Positions 11,724 to 23,404 of a DNA stretch of 54,937 bases are shown here, one piece after another. Where the stretch lies: NCBI GenBank assembly GCA_051942205.1, contig JAVECO010000162.1, positions 1-54,937 on the forward strand, written 5' to 3'. Under the pieces are notes generated by a model. It did not search any database, had not been told where the DNA came from, and was given only the letters and a program-made list of their open reading frames with translations. Source of the stretch: Coniocarpon cinnabarinum (Eukaryota). How positions within the stretch are numbered: the first letter of the stretch is position 1; every line of letters starts with the position of its first letter. Made by a program: the position numbers and the translations under genes.

Positions 11724-13235
11724 TCACTCGTCGACCTCTCCCTCTTCACTCACGTCTTCTTCTGCTTTCGCAGCGGGATCGCCAGGTCCAGAGCCGTGCT
11801 CGTCCGTTCTTTGCTTCTTTGAATGTCTTTCTGGATTTTCGTCTGGCTGAAGTGGTTTCTGAGATGATGCAGGATCTGCTGACTTTGAAGTCGAAGGCTG
11901 CTCATTCTGCTTGTGGTCGTTTTGTGCTTGCTCGCGGTGGGACTGCTGTGGATGCTGTGATTGTGAATTTGATTGAGGCTGTGTCTGTGAGCTGGCTTGT
12001 GCTTGCGGCTGTGAATTGCCATTCGTCGTCGTTGCCGGCTTCGTGGACCCATCGACTCGCCGCTTCAATCGCGTCGGCGCATCGTCTTCTGGTCCCTGCG
12101 ACGGCGTCCGCAAGCGCTTGTACAGTCCCTGAGTGCCTTCATCACCGTTGATCGCGCCATTCGCGCCGTTCTCTTTTGATCCCGCATCTCGCTCGACCTC
12201 GCCCATGAGTAACTCGCCAGTTGCGACGTCCCGTCCGGGCGTCCCACCAGCGCGGATTGGTTCCGCCTCGTAGAGATCCGCCATGGCGTTACAGCATCTG
12301 CGAATCTCTCGCAGTTCCACACCGTGTGCGCTCCACCACGGCCGACCTGTCCTTGCATCGTCCTTGAACCGTACGCCTTCGGTCTCACCTTGGTGTTCGC
12401 AATGTTTTGCGGCGGCGTAAATTGCACTCGCCGCAATGGTTTTTGCGTGAAACCTCAGTCCTAATGTCGTGGCGCCCGCGTCATTGACAAAGGCCCACGC
12501 CGCATTCCGTAGTCGCTTATGATGTTCCGCGCCGAGACTCTTCAGCGTGTCGAAGAGTATTCGATGGGGTGATTCGACATGGAGGTCGAAACATAGCGTT
12601 TCTAGCATGAGATCCTCGTTGAGGAGGAGTGTGTCGCGCCAGCGCCAGAAATCCTTTGTATCTTCGGGTACGAGGAGGTTGGCATTGTGCAGAGCGACGC
12701 GGACGCAGCTGACGATTATGTCGCGGAGTTTGCGGGGTGTCTCGGAGACTTTGGTAGAGAGGTGAAGAGCAAGAGCGCCAACTTGCTGCAGCGATTGGGT
12801 TAGTATGGCTGATCATCGGCGTGACTACAGTGGAAGTCATGATGATAGAGGGAGACGTACGTAGACATGCAGTGGACGACCCCCACCTCGAGACTTCGGC
12901 AATCGTTTGTCCTGCACCAGACTGTATCTCATGAGAAATCTATTGAAGAACAGGCCAGCTGTGTGTAGCGCAATCTGCGGTAACCGCAGCATGATCCCTG
13001 CCTGTGCAATGAAGCTGAGACCCTTTCCGCGAAGCTTTCGCTCTTGGTCGGGATCCATGCCGGCGCGAATGGATGGCGTGCGGCCCATTTCGGCGTCGGA
13101 GAAAATCCACTGTGATTCTGATTCCTCCAGGACCTTGGCGAGAGCTTTTGGAGGATGTGTTGTAGAAGGAAGTGTAGCGAGGATCTTTTCAGGTGTGGTG
13201 ACGGGTGCCGTGGAGGAGCTGGGTGGGGAAGGCAT
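11724..13235 (-). CDS. Transcriptional cyclin (cyclin T/K, Pch1/Bur2-like)
   Basis: Exons 13235-12861 and 12785-11724. QWIFSDAEMGRTPS, LRGKGLSFI..G..LRLPQ, LSTKVSETPRKLRDI, FWRWRDTLLLNEDLMLETLCFDL, AWAFVND, C-terminal SEEGEV. Confidence 0.9.
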
Positions 13236-14198
13236 TGCGGCGGTGAAGATGGTATTCAAAAGCAGGCGGCCCGCTTCGCGAACCCTCTAGGAAGGGAGTA
13301 TCTGCTGGAGGTATTGCCTGTTCAATATAAGTACTTGCTCTAGATGATGTCGAATCAGATCGAGTTAGAGTGAAGAGTATATGGGACCATGATTGTGCAG
13401 TGGATGTTTGCCACAAGATGAAAGCTCCAAGTAGACGACCAGCGACCAAGTGAAGAGCGAAACGAAACGAGCGATAGATCTTTCAAGTGGCAACAAGAAC
13501 GACCGGACGAGAAGGCCCAAGGAGACCTGCTGGCCGAAAGAAGAGAGATAGGTAGTCACTGGCCACACAGAAGCAGAGCATAGATCCCTCCAGACCCTGA
13601 TCGTTGGCGAGGTTTCCTGCCAGATTCGATCTATTTAATTCACGCTATGCCCGACTTAGCTAATGTAGCCGCTAGTCACGTGCTGTGAGGGTTATGGACC
13701 CTGATAGCAATATATCTGTCTAGTGGTACATTCCATCTCTGCCACACAGCCGCAAAGCGACACCGGCAACTGCTTTTAGTTTCGCAGCTGTGCTCTAAGG
13801 CCATCATCAGCCCTGCATTTGGAGGCAAAAGGTAATGATCTGCGTGATTCATCGTTTGCGAGAAGGTGGTGGGGGCTTACTGCCCATAAATACATTTTAT
13901 CACATTATCATCTGCATATCACATTTCTAATCTTGACACTCGGGTTGGTCTCATGAACGGGCTACTACGAACTTACCGTCAATTATCGACAAAAAAATGC
14001 ACATACATATTAAGCAGACTTTGCGCTTAAAGTTGAGCACTTCCCTGACCATCGCGGTACTCAATCACGACTGCATCACAGCTTTCCTTGCTTCATAAAG
14101 CACTCTCTCGTCTTGTCAACTGTTTTTGTCTGGCTCTTGAAGCGGTTAGATCTGCTCTGTATTTCTACTCTACCCTTTCATTGCATATAAAGAAGAAT

Positions 14199-15068
14199 AT
14201 GGATCCTCAAGAAGCCCCGAGTTCTTCACTCCTGAATCTTCCCTTTGAGCTCCGACGTCATATTTATTCCTATCTACTTATACCTGACGACGGTATTAGC
14301 AAGCTCCATTTCTGTCATGTTCAGGACAACAAAGTTAGCAGTCGTAGCGATTACGAGTACGAACCATCAACAGCGCCAGACACAAGCTTGACCGATAAAG
14401 TGTTACCGATCCGCAACTCCACGCTCAATGAGGACATAAAATTGCGAAGCAGATACAAAATTCGTTCGGGACGGCTTAGGTCTGCATGCGAGGACGCAAG
14501 CTATGTCTGCCTCCCAAAGCCGAAGCTCTCAACCAGCATCTTTCGTGTCAATCGACGACTGTATATGGAGGCTGCCGAGTTCCTTTACGGCTCGTTCGTG
14601 TTTGACTTTGATACGCATGTTGAGGCATGTGTGCCCTTTTTGACGGATTTGACACCATTCTCTCGGAGGTGTATTCGACACATTAGTATTGTAAAGCGCG
14701 CACTCCCGTATGATAAAGAATTCGATCGCTGTGAATGGCTGGGCATGTGCCATTTCCTGTCAAATCACATGACACTTCGGGAACTGTCTCTCGGGGTTGT
14801 AGCCGGCAAACCAGCGATTGGTTGGGAGGGCGTGCAGGTACTCAACAGAGATCATCTTGATGGAATCGCGAGATCCATGGATGAGATGAGTTGGGTCAAC
14901 GAGGTGGCCAGCATCAAGGGCCTGGAAAGACTCAATGTCCGAGCCTGCATTGAGCATAGTCCACCGCCCATGTCTGAAATGATGGCGTTCTTCGTAACTT
15001 TCTCGGCCAGCGTGGAACCACATTTTGCAGAATATCTTTCTTCAAGGATGATATCACAGACAGCCTAA
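14199..15068 (+). CDS. F-box-like / DUF7730-type fungal protein
   Basis: First ATG at 14199. N-terminal SLLNLPFELRRHIYSYLL, internal IFRVNRRLYMEAAEFLYG. Confidence 0.75.
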   Translation: MDPQEAPSSSLLNLPFELRRHIYSYLLIPDDGISKLHFCHVQDNKVSSRSDYEYEPSTAPDTSLTDKVLPIRNSTLNEDIKLRSRYKIRSGRLRSACEDASYVCLPKPKLSTSIFRVNRRLYMEAAEFLYGSFVFDFDTHVEACVPFLTDLTPFSRRCIRHISIVKRALPYDKEFDRCEWLGMCHFLSNHMTLRELSLGVVAGKPAIGWEGVQVLNRDHLDGIARSMDEMSWVNEVASIKGLERLNVRACIEHSPPPMSEMMAFFVTFSASVEPHFAEYLSSRMISQTA

Positions 15069-15120
15069 CGACCATGTGAGCGGCCGTTCGAGCAATCATA
15101 CGGGTCACCATGACACTTTC

Positions 15121-15714
15121 TCAGTGATTGCCCCCATGCACACCATATCGCCAGACCATATATGCAGCTACTCCCGCAACGTTGCCCAGCCCAGCACCAC
15201 CAAGCAGTCTCTTCCAAGGACGTATAGCTGCTGCGCCCTTGATGACACTCGAGCCTGCAGCTCCAGCCACGGCTCCAATGATGCTCCAGTCATCTACTTC
15301 AACCTGGCCTCGATTCTGTAACAACCTCCAGCTTCGATCCCTCCACTCGATGTCTTCGCGACCATTCATTCGGCCCCAGAGAGCAATGGTCGCAATCACT
15401 GTGCCAACGACCGAGCCTGTGCCAGCTCCAGCGATCAGTCGGCCAGTAATCTGAGGACGGGCAGACGTCGCAGACAGGGCCGAAGAGGACGTAGAAGATA
15501 CTTGAGGCTTCCGCATCATCGTTGAATTAGCTGACGCTGATGATGTTGAAGTTGGAGTGGTGCGCTGCGTTGTCGCAAAGCGAAGCGCTCCCGCAACAGA
15601 GCCGAGCAGAGCACCAGACTGGAATCCTCGATGCAACACATGCGCCGCAAGGACGGTCTTTCCCCAAGGCTGATCTTCGGCATACTCTGCGCGAGGGCAA
15701 AAGCGGGACATCAT
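15121..15714 (-). CDS. Conserved small fungal membrane protein (hypothetical)
   Basis: 197-aa single-exon ORF with Gly/Ala-rich hydrophobic segments and a GRMNGREDIEWRDRSWRLLQNRGQVEVDDW block. Confidence 0.7.
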   Translation of the reverse strand: MMSRFCPRAEYAEDQPWGKTVLAAHVLHRGFQSGALLGSVAGALRFATTQRTTPTSTSSASANSTMMRKPQVSSTSSSALSATSARPQITGRLIAGAGTGSVVGTVIATIALWGRMNGREDIEWRDRSWRLLQNRGQVEVDDWSIIGAVAGAAGSSVIKGAAAIRPWKRLLGGAGLGNVAGVAAYMVWRYGVHGGNH

Positions 15715-16460
15715 GTGGCGACTACACTCTAATGGCTGAAAGCGCTAGTACTGCGAGCTATTGCAATCGTACAGAGCGCGCCGATGGATACAAAACAGGG
15801 TCGAGCAGAATTGTTTCGAAGAAAAGCTCTAGGCTACAGCGGCATGGAACAGTGGTGACATTTGAGGCACATGCCGACCCTAGGTAGTTCTAGACCCGAT
15901 GATTATTGACTCTCAAGGCCTTTAAGCTCCGCCAAGGACGGCTGAAGCAGATTCCATTAATCAGAGCAGGTCCGTGGCGCAAGACTATGCTGGATGTTCA
16001 ATTTGACGTAGGGAAGAGGAGAAATCAGTTACTTGATGAAATACAGGGCCCGGCAAGGATAATACGACCGCAGAAGGATCCTCTTCGCACAAGGGGCTTC
16101 GCAATCGCGGTATGGTACCACAATCAAATTAGCGTATTTGCTTGGTCCGCGGGCTGTATTAGCCGACGAATCACGACAAGTTTTGTTGCTGGTGAGCCGT
16201 GCAAATTTGGGGCCACACTTGCTAGCTCCATCCACCAAGGGCAAGAAGGAGCAAGTTCGGCTTCACTTCAAGGCCTATACAATGGAAGGTCGTTTTAACG
16301 AATTGAGTAATTACATGCCAGCTGCGAAGACTTGGTCTCAATACATAAGTCATGAGCTCTGCTGCGTCGAGCCTTCCGGCAGTTGCAGCCTGCTTAACAC
16401 ATCGTGCGTCCTGCAAGGAGAGTCAAGTGAACTTCACTGGCGCCAAGATATCTACTCGTA

Positions 16461-18285
16461 ATGTCATCAACCACGACGATGACCAAGCCAGACAATGCGC
16501 AGAGCGTGCAGATCGCAGCCGCAGGACAAGTCTCTGGAGCTCCTGAACACTTTGGGAATTGGCCCAACGAATCCGGGGTAAGCAGCTGTTCAATTGTGAT
16601 GGCCGGGGTCACATACTGAAGCCACGACACCCAGTTCCAAGCAAAGATTGAACATCATGAACCAATCGAGCTTCAACTGAAAGGATCTTTCCCATCCTAT
16701 GTTGCTGGCAGTCTGCTGCGCACCGGTCCAGGAGCTTTCAAGTACCCTCGAAGGGATCCTCAGGACGGCTATTTCGCTGCGCACCATTGGTACGTCAGTG
16801 GATCCTTCTTCTTACCTGCTGTACTTATGCGTCACCAGGTTTGATGGCTTCACCCACGTACACAAGTTCAACATCGAACCACAGGCTTCCGGTGTGCCAC
16901 ACATCACATATTCGTCTCGGATGCAAGCAGACGGTGTACTCGAACATGCTCGTACCACCGGAAGCCTCGCTGGTATCACGTTCGCACAGAAGCGTGACCC
17001 ATGTGACTCGTTCTTCAAGAAGCTCAAGTCTGTGTGGGAACCTTCGAAGCGCTCGAAGCCTAATGAAGTCAACGTCGGAGTGTCTTTTCAGCAACCCGTC
17101 CATCGGTCTGCGAAAGATGGTCTAGGGAACGAGGGCCATGCCACTCTGACTGAGACATCTGATCAAGCCCGAACATTGGAATTCGACTTGGAGACTCTCG
17201 AAGCTTTTGGCGTGACTGACCAAAGCAAATTGCATCCGAGCTTAAACGGCGAGCTCTCAGCAGCGCATCCTTGTGTTGATCCACACAGCGGAGATGTTTT
17301 CAATTACAATCTCAAGCTTGGACCGACTCCGACATACCGAATATTTCGAGTCAACACCACGGACGGTACGACGGACGTCCTTGCTACGATCACTGGAGTC
17401 GAGCCAACCTACATACACTCGCAATTCCTTACACCCAACTTCTATATTCTTTGCGTGTGGAACGCCACAATTGGCGGGAGAGGCGTGAAGGTACTATGGG
17501 AGAGAAACATTCTCTCAGCCATAAATGATTTTGATCCGAACGCGCAGACGGAATGGATCGTCGTGGATCGAAACCACAAGCAAGGCGTTGTGGCAAGGTT
17601 TACTAGCTCGGCTTTCTTCTGCTTTCACACGGTCAATGCGTTCGAAGTCGAGCGATCGAACGGCAAGGTCGACATTCAATGTGAGCTTGTCACTCATCCA
17701 AACTTGGACGTGCTCCACCACTTTTACTACGATCACCTCGTATCCAACGGGCCCAAGGCGGGTGGCTTAAGTACCGCAACACAAATGGCATTGAAGCGCT
17801 ATTTGTTAGCTGAGGTAGAGATACCCAACAGTAAAGCTTCCAAGGACTCGACTGCCAGGAGAGGCGACGTATCAAAGTTAATACCCAGGAAAGCAGAGGT
17901 AGTGTCGACTATCGCGGCTGACGGTGCGGGCGAACTACCCACTATCAATCTGAGCTACGCCCAGCGGCCCAATCGATACGTCTACGCCGTCGGAGATCGC
18001 GGCTTGTCAACTTTTGTTGATTCTATTGTGAAGGCAGACACTTCAACCGGGCAGTCTCTTAGGTGGAGTGAGCAGGCGCATACGCCAGGCGAACCTGTTT
18101 TTATTGCGGATCCAAGTGGTCAGGAGGAAGACGATGGTGTGCTACTGAGTGTGGTCCTTGATGGCATGAACGGCAGCAGCTATTTGCTGTGCCTGAATGC
18201 AAAGGACCTGACGGAATTGGGACGAGCTGAGGTAGGTTGTGCTGTAGGACTGGGGTTCCATGGTTGCTTTCTGGGCAAGCTTTGA
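16461..18285 (+). CDS. Carotenoid cleavage oxygenase (RPE65 family; torulene-oxygenase-like)
   Basis: Exons 16461-16577, 16635-16789 and 16839-18285. GSLLRTGPG, HWFDG across the intron, four Fe-binding His (SAAHP, YIHS, CFHT, GFHG), EPVF and EDDGVLL. Confidence 0.9.
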
Positions 18286-18963
18286 GCCGTGAGAGAAGCG
18301 CTTGATACATATACGCATTCTGCGAAGCTCGTATCGAATGCCGGTCAGGCGATTGTCAAAGCCTTTCGACCTATTCTTGCAGAGTCTCGACAATTTAGTG
18401 GAAAGGTGTGTGAGTTGGGCAACAATCCTGGAAGAGCGGCAGCACGAGTGATGGTTATTCATGTTCCAGTACCATTCTGCTGAGACGACATGAGGGAGCG
18501 CTATGACGCGCCATCCAAATACTTTTAGCCAACCTTGAAACCTAATAGAAAAGCCCTGCTGTGGTGTGATGAGGGATCATGAGTCCCAAGGCTTGAGAAC
18601 TAGAATGGATTGCACGTGACGTTTAGGTTGCAGGGGCGGATAGAATAGTCGTGGCACTGCTTAGCCTGAAGGCCCATCTCGACGAAAGCCACTTTACGCG
18701 TGCTCCAACACACTAGGATTGCTACCTTGTCAGACTGGAGTCTCGCTCAGTCTCTCTATGAATTTCGACTCATCGAAGCTGCCGAGATCCTTGAGCACAC
18801 CCTGCTGACCACGTCATGACATTGGCTACGCGTAACGCGTGGCCTCAGGCGTGTAGATAACCAGCTTACGTAGTCCCCTTTCGCACTCCTCACCCTCCTC
18901 ATTTCCGCTTGTGCTCATTTGTCGATGCTTGACGATAATCGCCGTTAATGTGAACGAGGGAGA

Positions 18964-19345
18964 TTAACTCACAACAGGCTCAATCCTTTCACGCCTCAAC
19001 GCCACCACCGTGAGTCCGAAGTCGCGACACGCTGTCGTGAGAATCTTCCAATGGATCCGGCACAATCCTTGACGATCAGTCCTCGGACAGGTCGCTGGGA
19101 CGTTGGTTGTGGTGTCGTGGCTGCCAGGTTTTGGGCCTCGGAAAGAGCTCTTTTCCCTGCGCCAGAGATACAATGAATAGAGCGGAGGAATACAAGCAGC
19201 TACGATCTTATCGCACGACTCGGTCTCGCCAGTCAGTACCAAATTGACGGTGGAACCTACACACATGTTAGTCTCTGTTCGGTGGTGAAATCTAGAAAAG
19301 ATGGACACGTCGGATCAGCGCTGGCCCTCGGGCATCCTTGTGCCT
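18964..19345 (-). pseudogene. 3' remnant of a second PTH11-like receptor gene
   Basis: ASADPT, then an intron with ACTAAC branch and TAG acceptor near 19258, then STVNLVLTGETESCDKIVAACIPPLYSL, matching the TM7 motif IVAACIP. No upstream TM1-6 exons are recognisable before the divergent OMT gene. Confidence 0.5.
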
Positions 19346-19589
19346 GTGCACCAGAACCTATATAGAGGTGCTTCTTACCCTACCTCGCAAAATCTACAGA
19401 CTTCGGTTAAGGTAGTGCTTGGAACGTAGTGCCTTAAATTGTTGTTTCTTGAGTTTTTTTAAAAGCTGAAAGGAGCGTGCAGGACCAGAAGTCAACCAGA
19501 GAATAGCAGTGCAAGCCTTCGAACGCTGGCGTACACGCTGACCATTAAGGCGGATCGATCTGCGGATTTCTGACAACAAGTTACTCGAT

Positions 19590-20900
19590 ATGCCATCCCT
19601 TGTGTTACTAGCCGAGGAGCTGCTTACTCAAGCAAGACAGTTCGAAGAGATCTTGGAGCAGAATCGCATCGGATGTCCTTCCTTTGACCATGACACCCTG
19701 GAAAATCTGCCGGACGATGCGCAAGAATTACGAAAAGATATCTGTGACACTAGCCATACAATCCAACAGCTCGCCAGAGGCGCTAGACTTTCAGGGCTTG
19801 TTATCGCCTTCAACGTGAGTCTCAGGGTCCATGATGGGTCATTGCTTACCGCTGACCTTGAGCGATAGTGGACGGACCAGCTCGTGTTGCGCATCATTTG
19901 GCAGTACAAGCTAGCGTCCGCAATTCCACTCGATGGTGACGCGACGTATGATCACATTGCAGCAGTGAGTGGCCTCAGTCGGTCTCTCGTCGTCCGCACC
20001 ATCAGAGCTGCTGTACCGCTAAACGTTTTCAACGCACCGGCGGCTGACAAAGTATGTCATACGGCTATATCAAGACTACTGGCAGTGGACGAGGGATACT
20101 ACAGTGCAATAGGCCTTCAAGTTGAAGACATAGGTCCCACCAGCATAAGATTGATTCAAGCGTGGGAGCAATTCGGCGGCGACGCTGGAGAGCCTGATCA
20201 GAGCGCTTTCAGTCTCTCTAACCGCGGACGATCTTTGTTCACTGTTTTGTCCGAAGAACCAGAACGAGCTACCCGCTTCAATTTGTCCATGAAGTATCAC
20301 GTAGAGGACAAGGCATTTGACTCATTCCACATCGTCAAGGCCTTTGACTGGGAATCGCTTGATCATCCAGGCTCACGTGTCATCGATCTTGGAGGTGGAC
20401 ATGGTCATATATCTCACACGATGGCGGAACATACAAAAAATCTGCAGTTTGTTGTCCAAGATCTACCACATGTCATTGAGGAAGGCCGAAAGAACCAGCC
20501 GCCTGAGCTTAGAGCTCGGGTGTCGTTCGAGGGTTGGAATTTTCTCAACACTCAGCAAGCCGAGAGTCCACCGAGCGCGTTTTTAATCAGTCGGTGTCTT
20601 CATAATTGGAGTGATCACCATTGTGTAACGATCTTGCGAGCTCTCGTTCCAGCATTGCGACAGAGCTCGAAGGTGTTGATCTGGGACGTGCTGTTGGAGG
20701 CCAGCCCCGTCAAAAAGCTGTCTGTGAGATTCAACCTGCAGCAGGACTCTATCATGGCAGCTATCTCAAATGGTAAAGATCGGACCCTAGCTGAGTTTGA
20801 AGAATTGCTGAGGATGAGTGATCCACGCTTCAGGGTCGACGGCATACGCCAGCCAATGGGGTGCAAGCTAAGCATGATCGAAATAACATGGGCCGGCTAA
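19590..20900 (+). CDS. SAM-dependent O-methyltransferase (secondary-metabolite type, Methyltransf_2)
   Basis: Exons 19590-19814 and 19869-20900. Motifs VIDLGGGHG, FVVQDLP, CLHNWSD and NGKDRT. Confidence 0.92.
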
Positions 20901-21790
20901 GTCATGGAGCAAGCAGTACATGCGAATGTGAGGTGCAATGGATGCGCATCGCTTGCCTAGGTCACAACACCACCGCAGAGCCAGAATGACAACGCTTCTC
21001 AGGTGGCGGACTTTTAAATTCACGTTCGCGGAATTCTTTGTGTCCTCGCCTCATGGAGAGGTCTACTCCTTTCTTGTTTGGCATTCCAGGCCTTGTCCGC
21101 GTCTGCTGCAGCTGGTGTTGCCGCATCTAGTGTTAGTTATGGGTTTGTTGTCTAATTGAAGCTATCTGTGGCGCACCGACCTGGCGAAGAGATGCAGGAT
21201 TTTCAGCATACGGGGTGAGCTACTCTATTCAGCAAGATGGTCATGTGTTTTTGATTGAGGCGAGTGTATAAGTACTATGTGTGGCTTCATCAATTCCAAT
21301 TACGGGCGCCTCCAGACTGACGTGAGGTCGCTTCGATGCATAGAGGTGGCTGTCAGCGCAAAGCACGAATGCAGCGTCCTTGAGCGTCGGCCCTCAAGAT
21401 TTGTTCGTATCAGCATGCAGGGATCCCTGGACTTGTGGAATGATAAGGCTGGACTGGACGCTACAACCCCGCTTTGGGCGATTCAATTCGTGTCGGGTGA
21501 TCTCGAAAATCCTTGGAAAATAGGATGAGGTGAGATATCGACGTCTGAGCTTGCAAATCTATACCACTTTGGGCTTTAAAAGCGCAACAGAACGTCTCTC
21601 GGTCGGGCCGAGACGACCCACAAGTGACGTCCAATCAGTCAGTCCGGCTAAAGGCATAGGGACCTCCTTGCATCTTTTCTATGAGACTTGCTGCTCGTCC
21701 GGTGCGAGAAGAAGCAGGATCCAAAACACACTTCCCACCACTAACCAGCAAGACAACTGTTCAGAGGATCCTCCTACTAATTGCGCTGAG

Positions 21791-22368
21791 ATGGATGTAC
21801 CAACAGACGTCTCCTTCAAAGGTGTGACTCCTCCTGACATGGACTAACAAGCTTCCTAATAATCGATCTCATTGCTGCAGACTTTCTAGAAATTCAAAAT
21901 GTTGCTCATATGTGGTCTGATACCTACGACTCGAAGGATTGGAATCGTTTGAAACAGATCCTTGGTCCAGCCATTCGTCTCGACTTTCGAGATCTCAGAG
22001 GGCCTCTTCAAGAAAACCTCAGCCCCGATCAGTATGTGGCTATTATTGCTAACAAAAAAGTTATTGGAGATCCTCGCGTCAAGACGCAACACCTAATAGG
22101 TGGAGGCCATTGGAGTACTCCGGGTGACGGGACCGTTCAAGTGTGGTGGCAGCTCCGGGTCGCACACCAACGCTTTGCTAGCGAGGATATGGCCAAGACA
22201 ATTAACAAAGGACATGCTCATGGATATAATCAGCAAACTTATCAGAAGATCAATGGGGCTTGGAAAATCGTTGGCATCAAAGTCAAGGTTGACTGGGTTG
22301 AAGGCGACCTGTTTGGCACGCTCAATCCTCCAGACGAGCACAACAATACATTCAATGCGCAGGGCTGA
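21791..22368 (+). CDS. Scytalone dehydratase-like protein (NTF2/SnoaL fold)
   Basis: Exons 21791-21821 and 21881-22368. Motifs WSDTYDSKDWNRL, KTQHLIG, QLRVAHQR, GHAHGYN and YQKINGAWK. Confidence 0.9.
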
Positions 22369-23404
22369 TTGGCGGCATGAATGGATGTTCAAGCGTTAAG
22401 TGAAATGCTTCAGATGATTGTCCAGTATTTTGAAACTTCTTCGTGTGCACCAGATGCTACAACGTCGACTCCCAATGTCATGGTTCTGGGTTCATGGCAC
22501 TGGATGGTGAGCTGCATCTGGGCGGGCAAAGACGCGAGCAGGCTTGCAGCAAGTGCGACTGTATGTTCGGCCACTTTCCTACCCAAAGCAATTGATAGCC
22601 ATGACACTACATCCTCTCCGTCAAGCATGTGGACCGACCCGCACGGTCCCTGGCATATACGAATCAGGCGATTGCACGACTTGCATACCCTGCGAGGAAA
22701 CGAATTGTTGAGGAACGCGTCGCAGGACTCGCTCTGGACACTCGGAGAGATGGAGAGGCAAGGTCAATGGAATCGTAAAAGCAGCGTGACGTGGCGCTGG
22801 CAGACTTCAGGGGGGCTGGTGGCTGTAGGGCGTGAAAACAGACACAGCTTAAGCCCAGGTAGATTCAGCAGCTGAGGGATGTAGAACGAAACCAATTTGT
22901 AGGCATCATCCCTGAATGGCTGGACGGTTCCCGCACGTTTCCAGAGAGAGTTTCCTGCACGTCAGATCAAATTCATGTTCGCAGGGAGCGTTCTGGACAG
23001 AAATATGCAGCTGTTACGCGTATCCGTCGCTCAACCACAAAATGGAGCTGAAAGACACTTACGTGGAGGCTTGCGCAATGACATGGGCTGACTGCAGGTG
23101 ACCCTTGCATTGATATCGTATCCATGCCCTGCGCTTCTCAAAGCTAAGAAAAACGGCTCTGCAACACGATTCGAGAAATCAAGCCGCGATGAGAGCTTCT
23201 TGTCAGGCAGTGAAAAAGGCCCTCGCCTTCACCTGGGTCAGTACTCCATAAAAAAGTCGTTCATCTTTTTGCGGACTCTTTTTGAAGTAATAGCTGTACC
23301 GTCACACGCAGCATTCGCTCGTTCAGGTTAAAGTTCTTCTCATCCTTTGCGATTCTAGCCCGACACGGACCTAACTATTGCTGAAGCTTTGGATACGAGT
23401 TTGA

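Noticed and set aside
18274..18285. C-terminal GKL of the carotenoid oxygenase as a peroxisomal PTS1
   Set aside because: Weak variant directly after the structural GFHG strand; not supportable without conservation data.
22410..22720. Minus-strand CKSCNRLIRICQGPCGSV resembling a Zn2Cys6 cluster regulator
   Set aside because: Only four Cys with wrong spacing, no start codon context and no downstream TF domain; may be chance.
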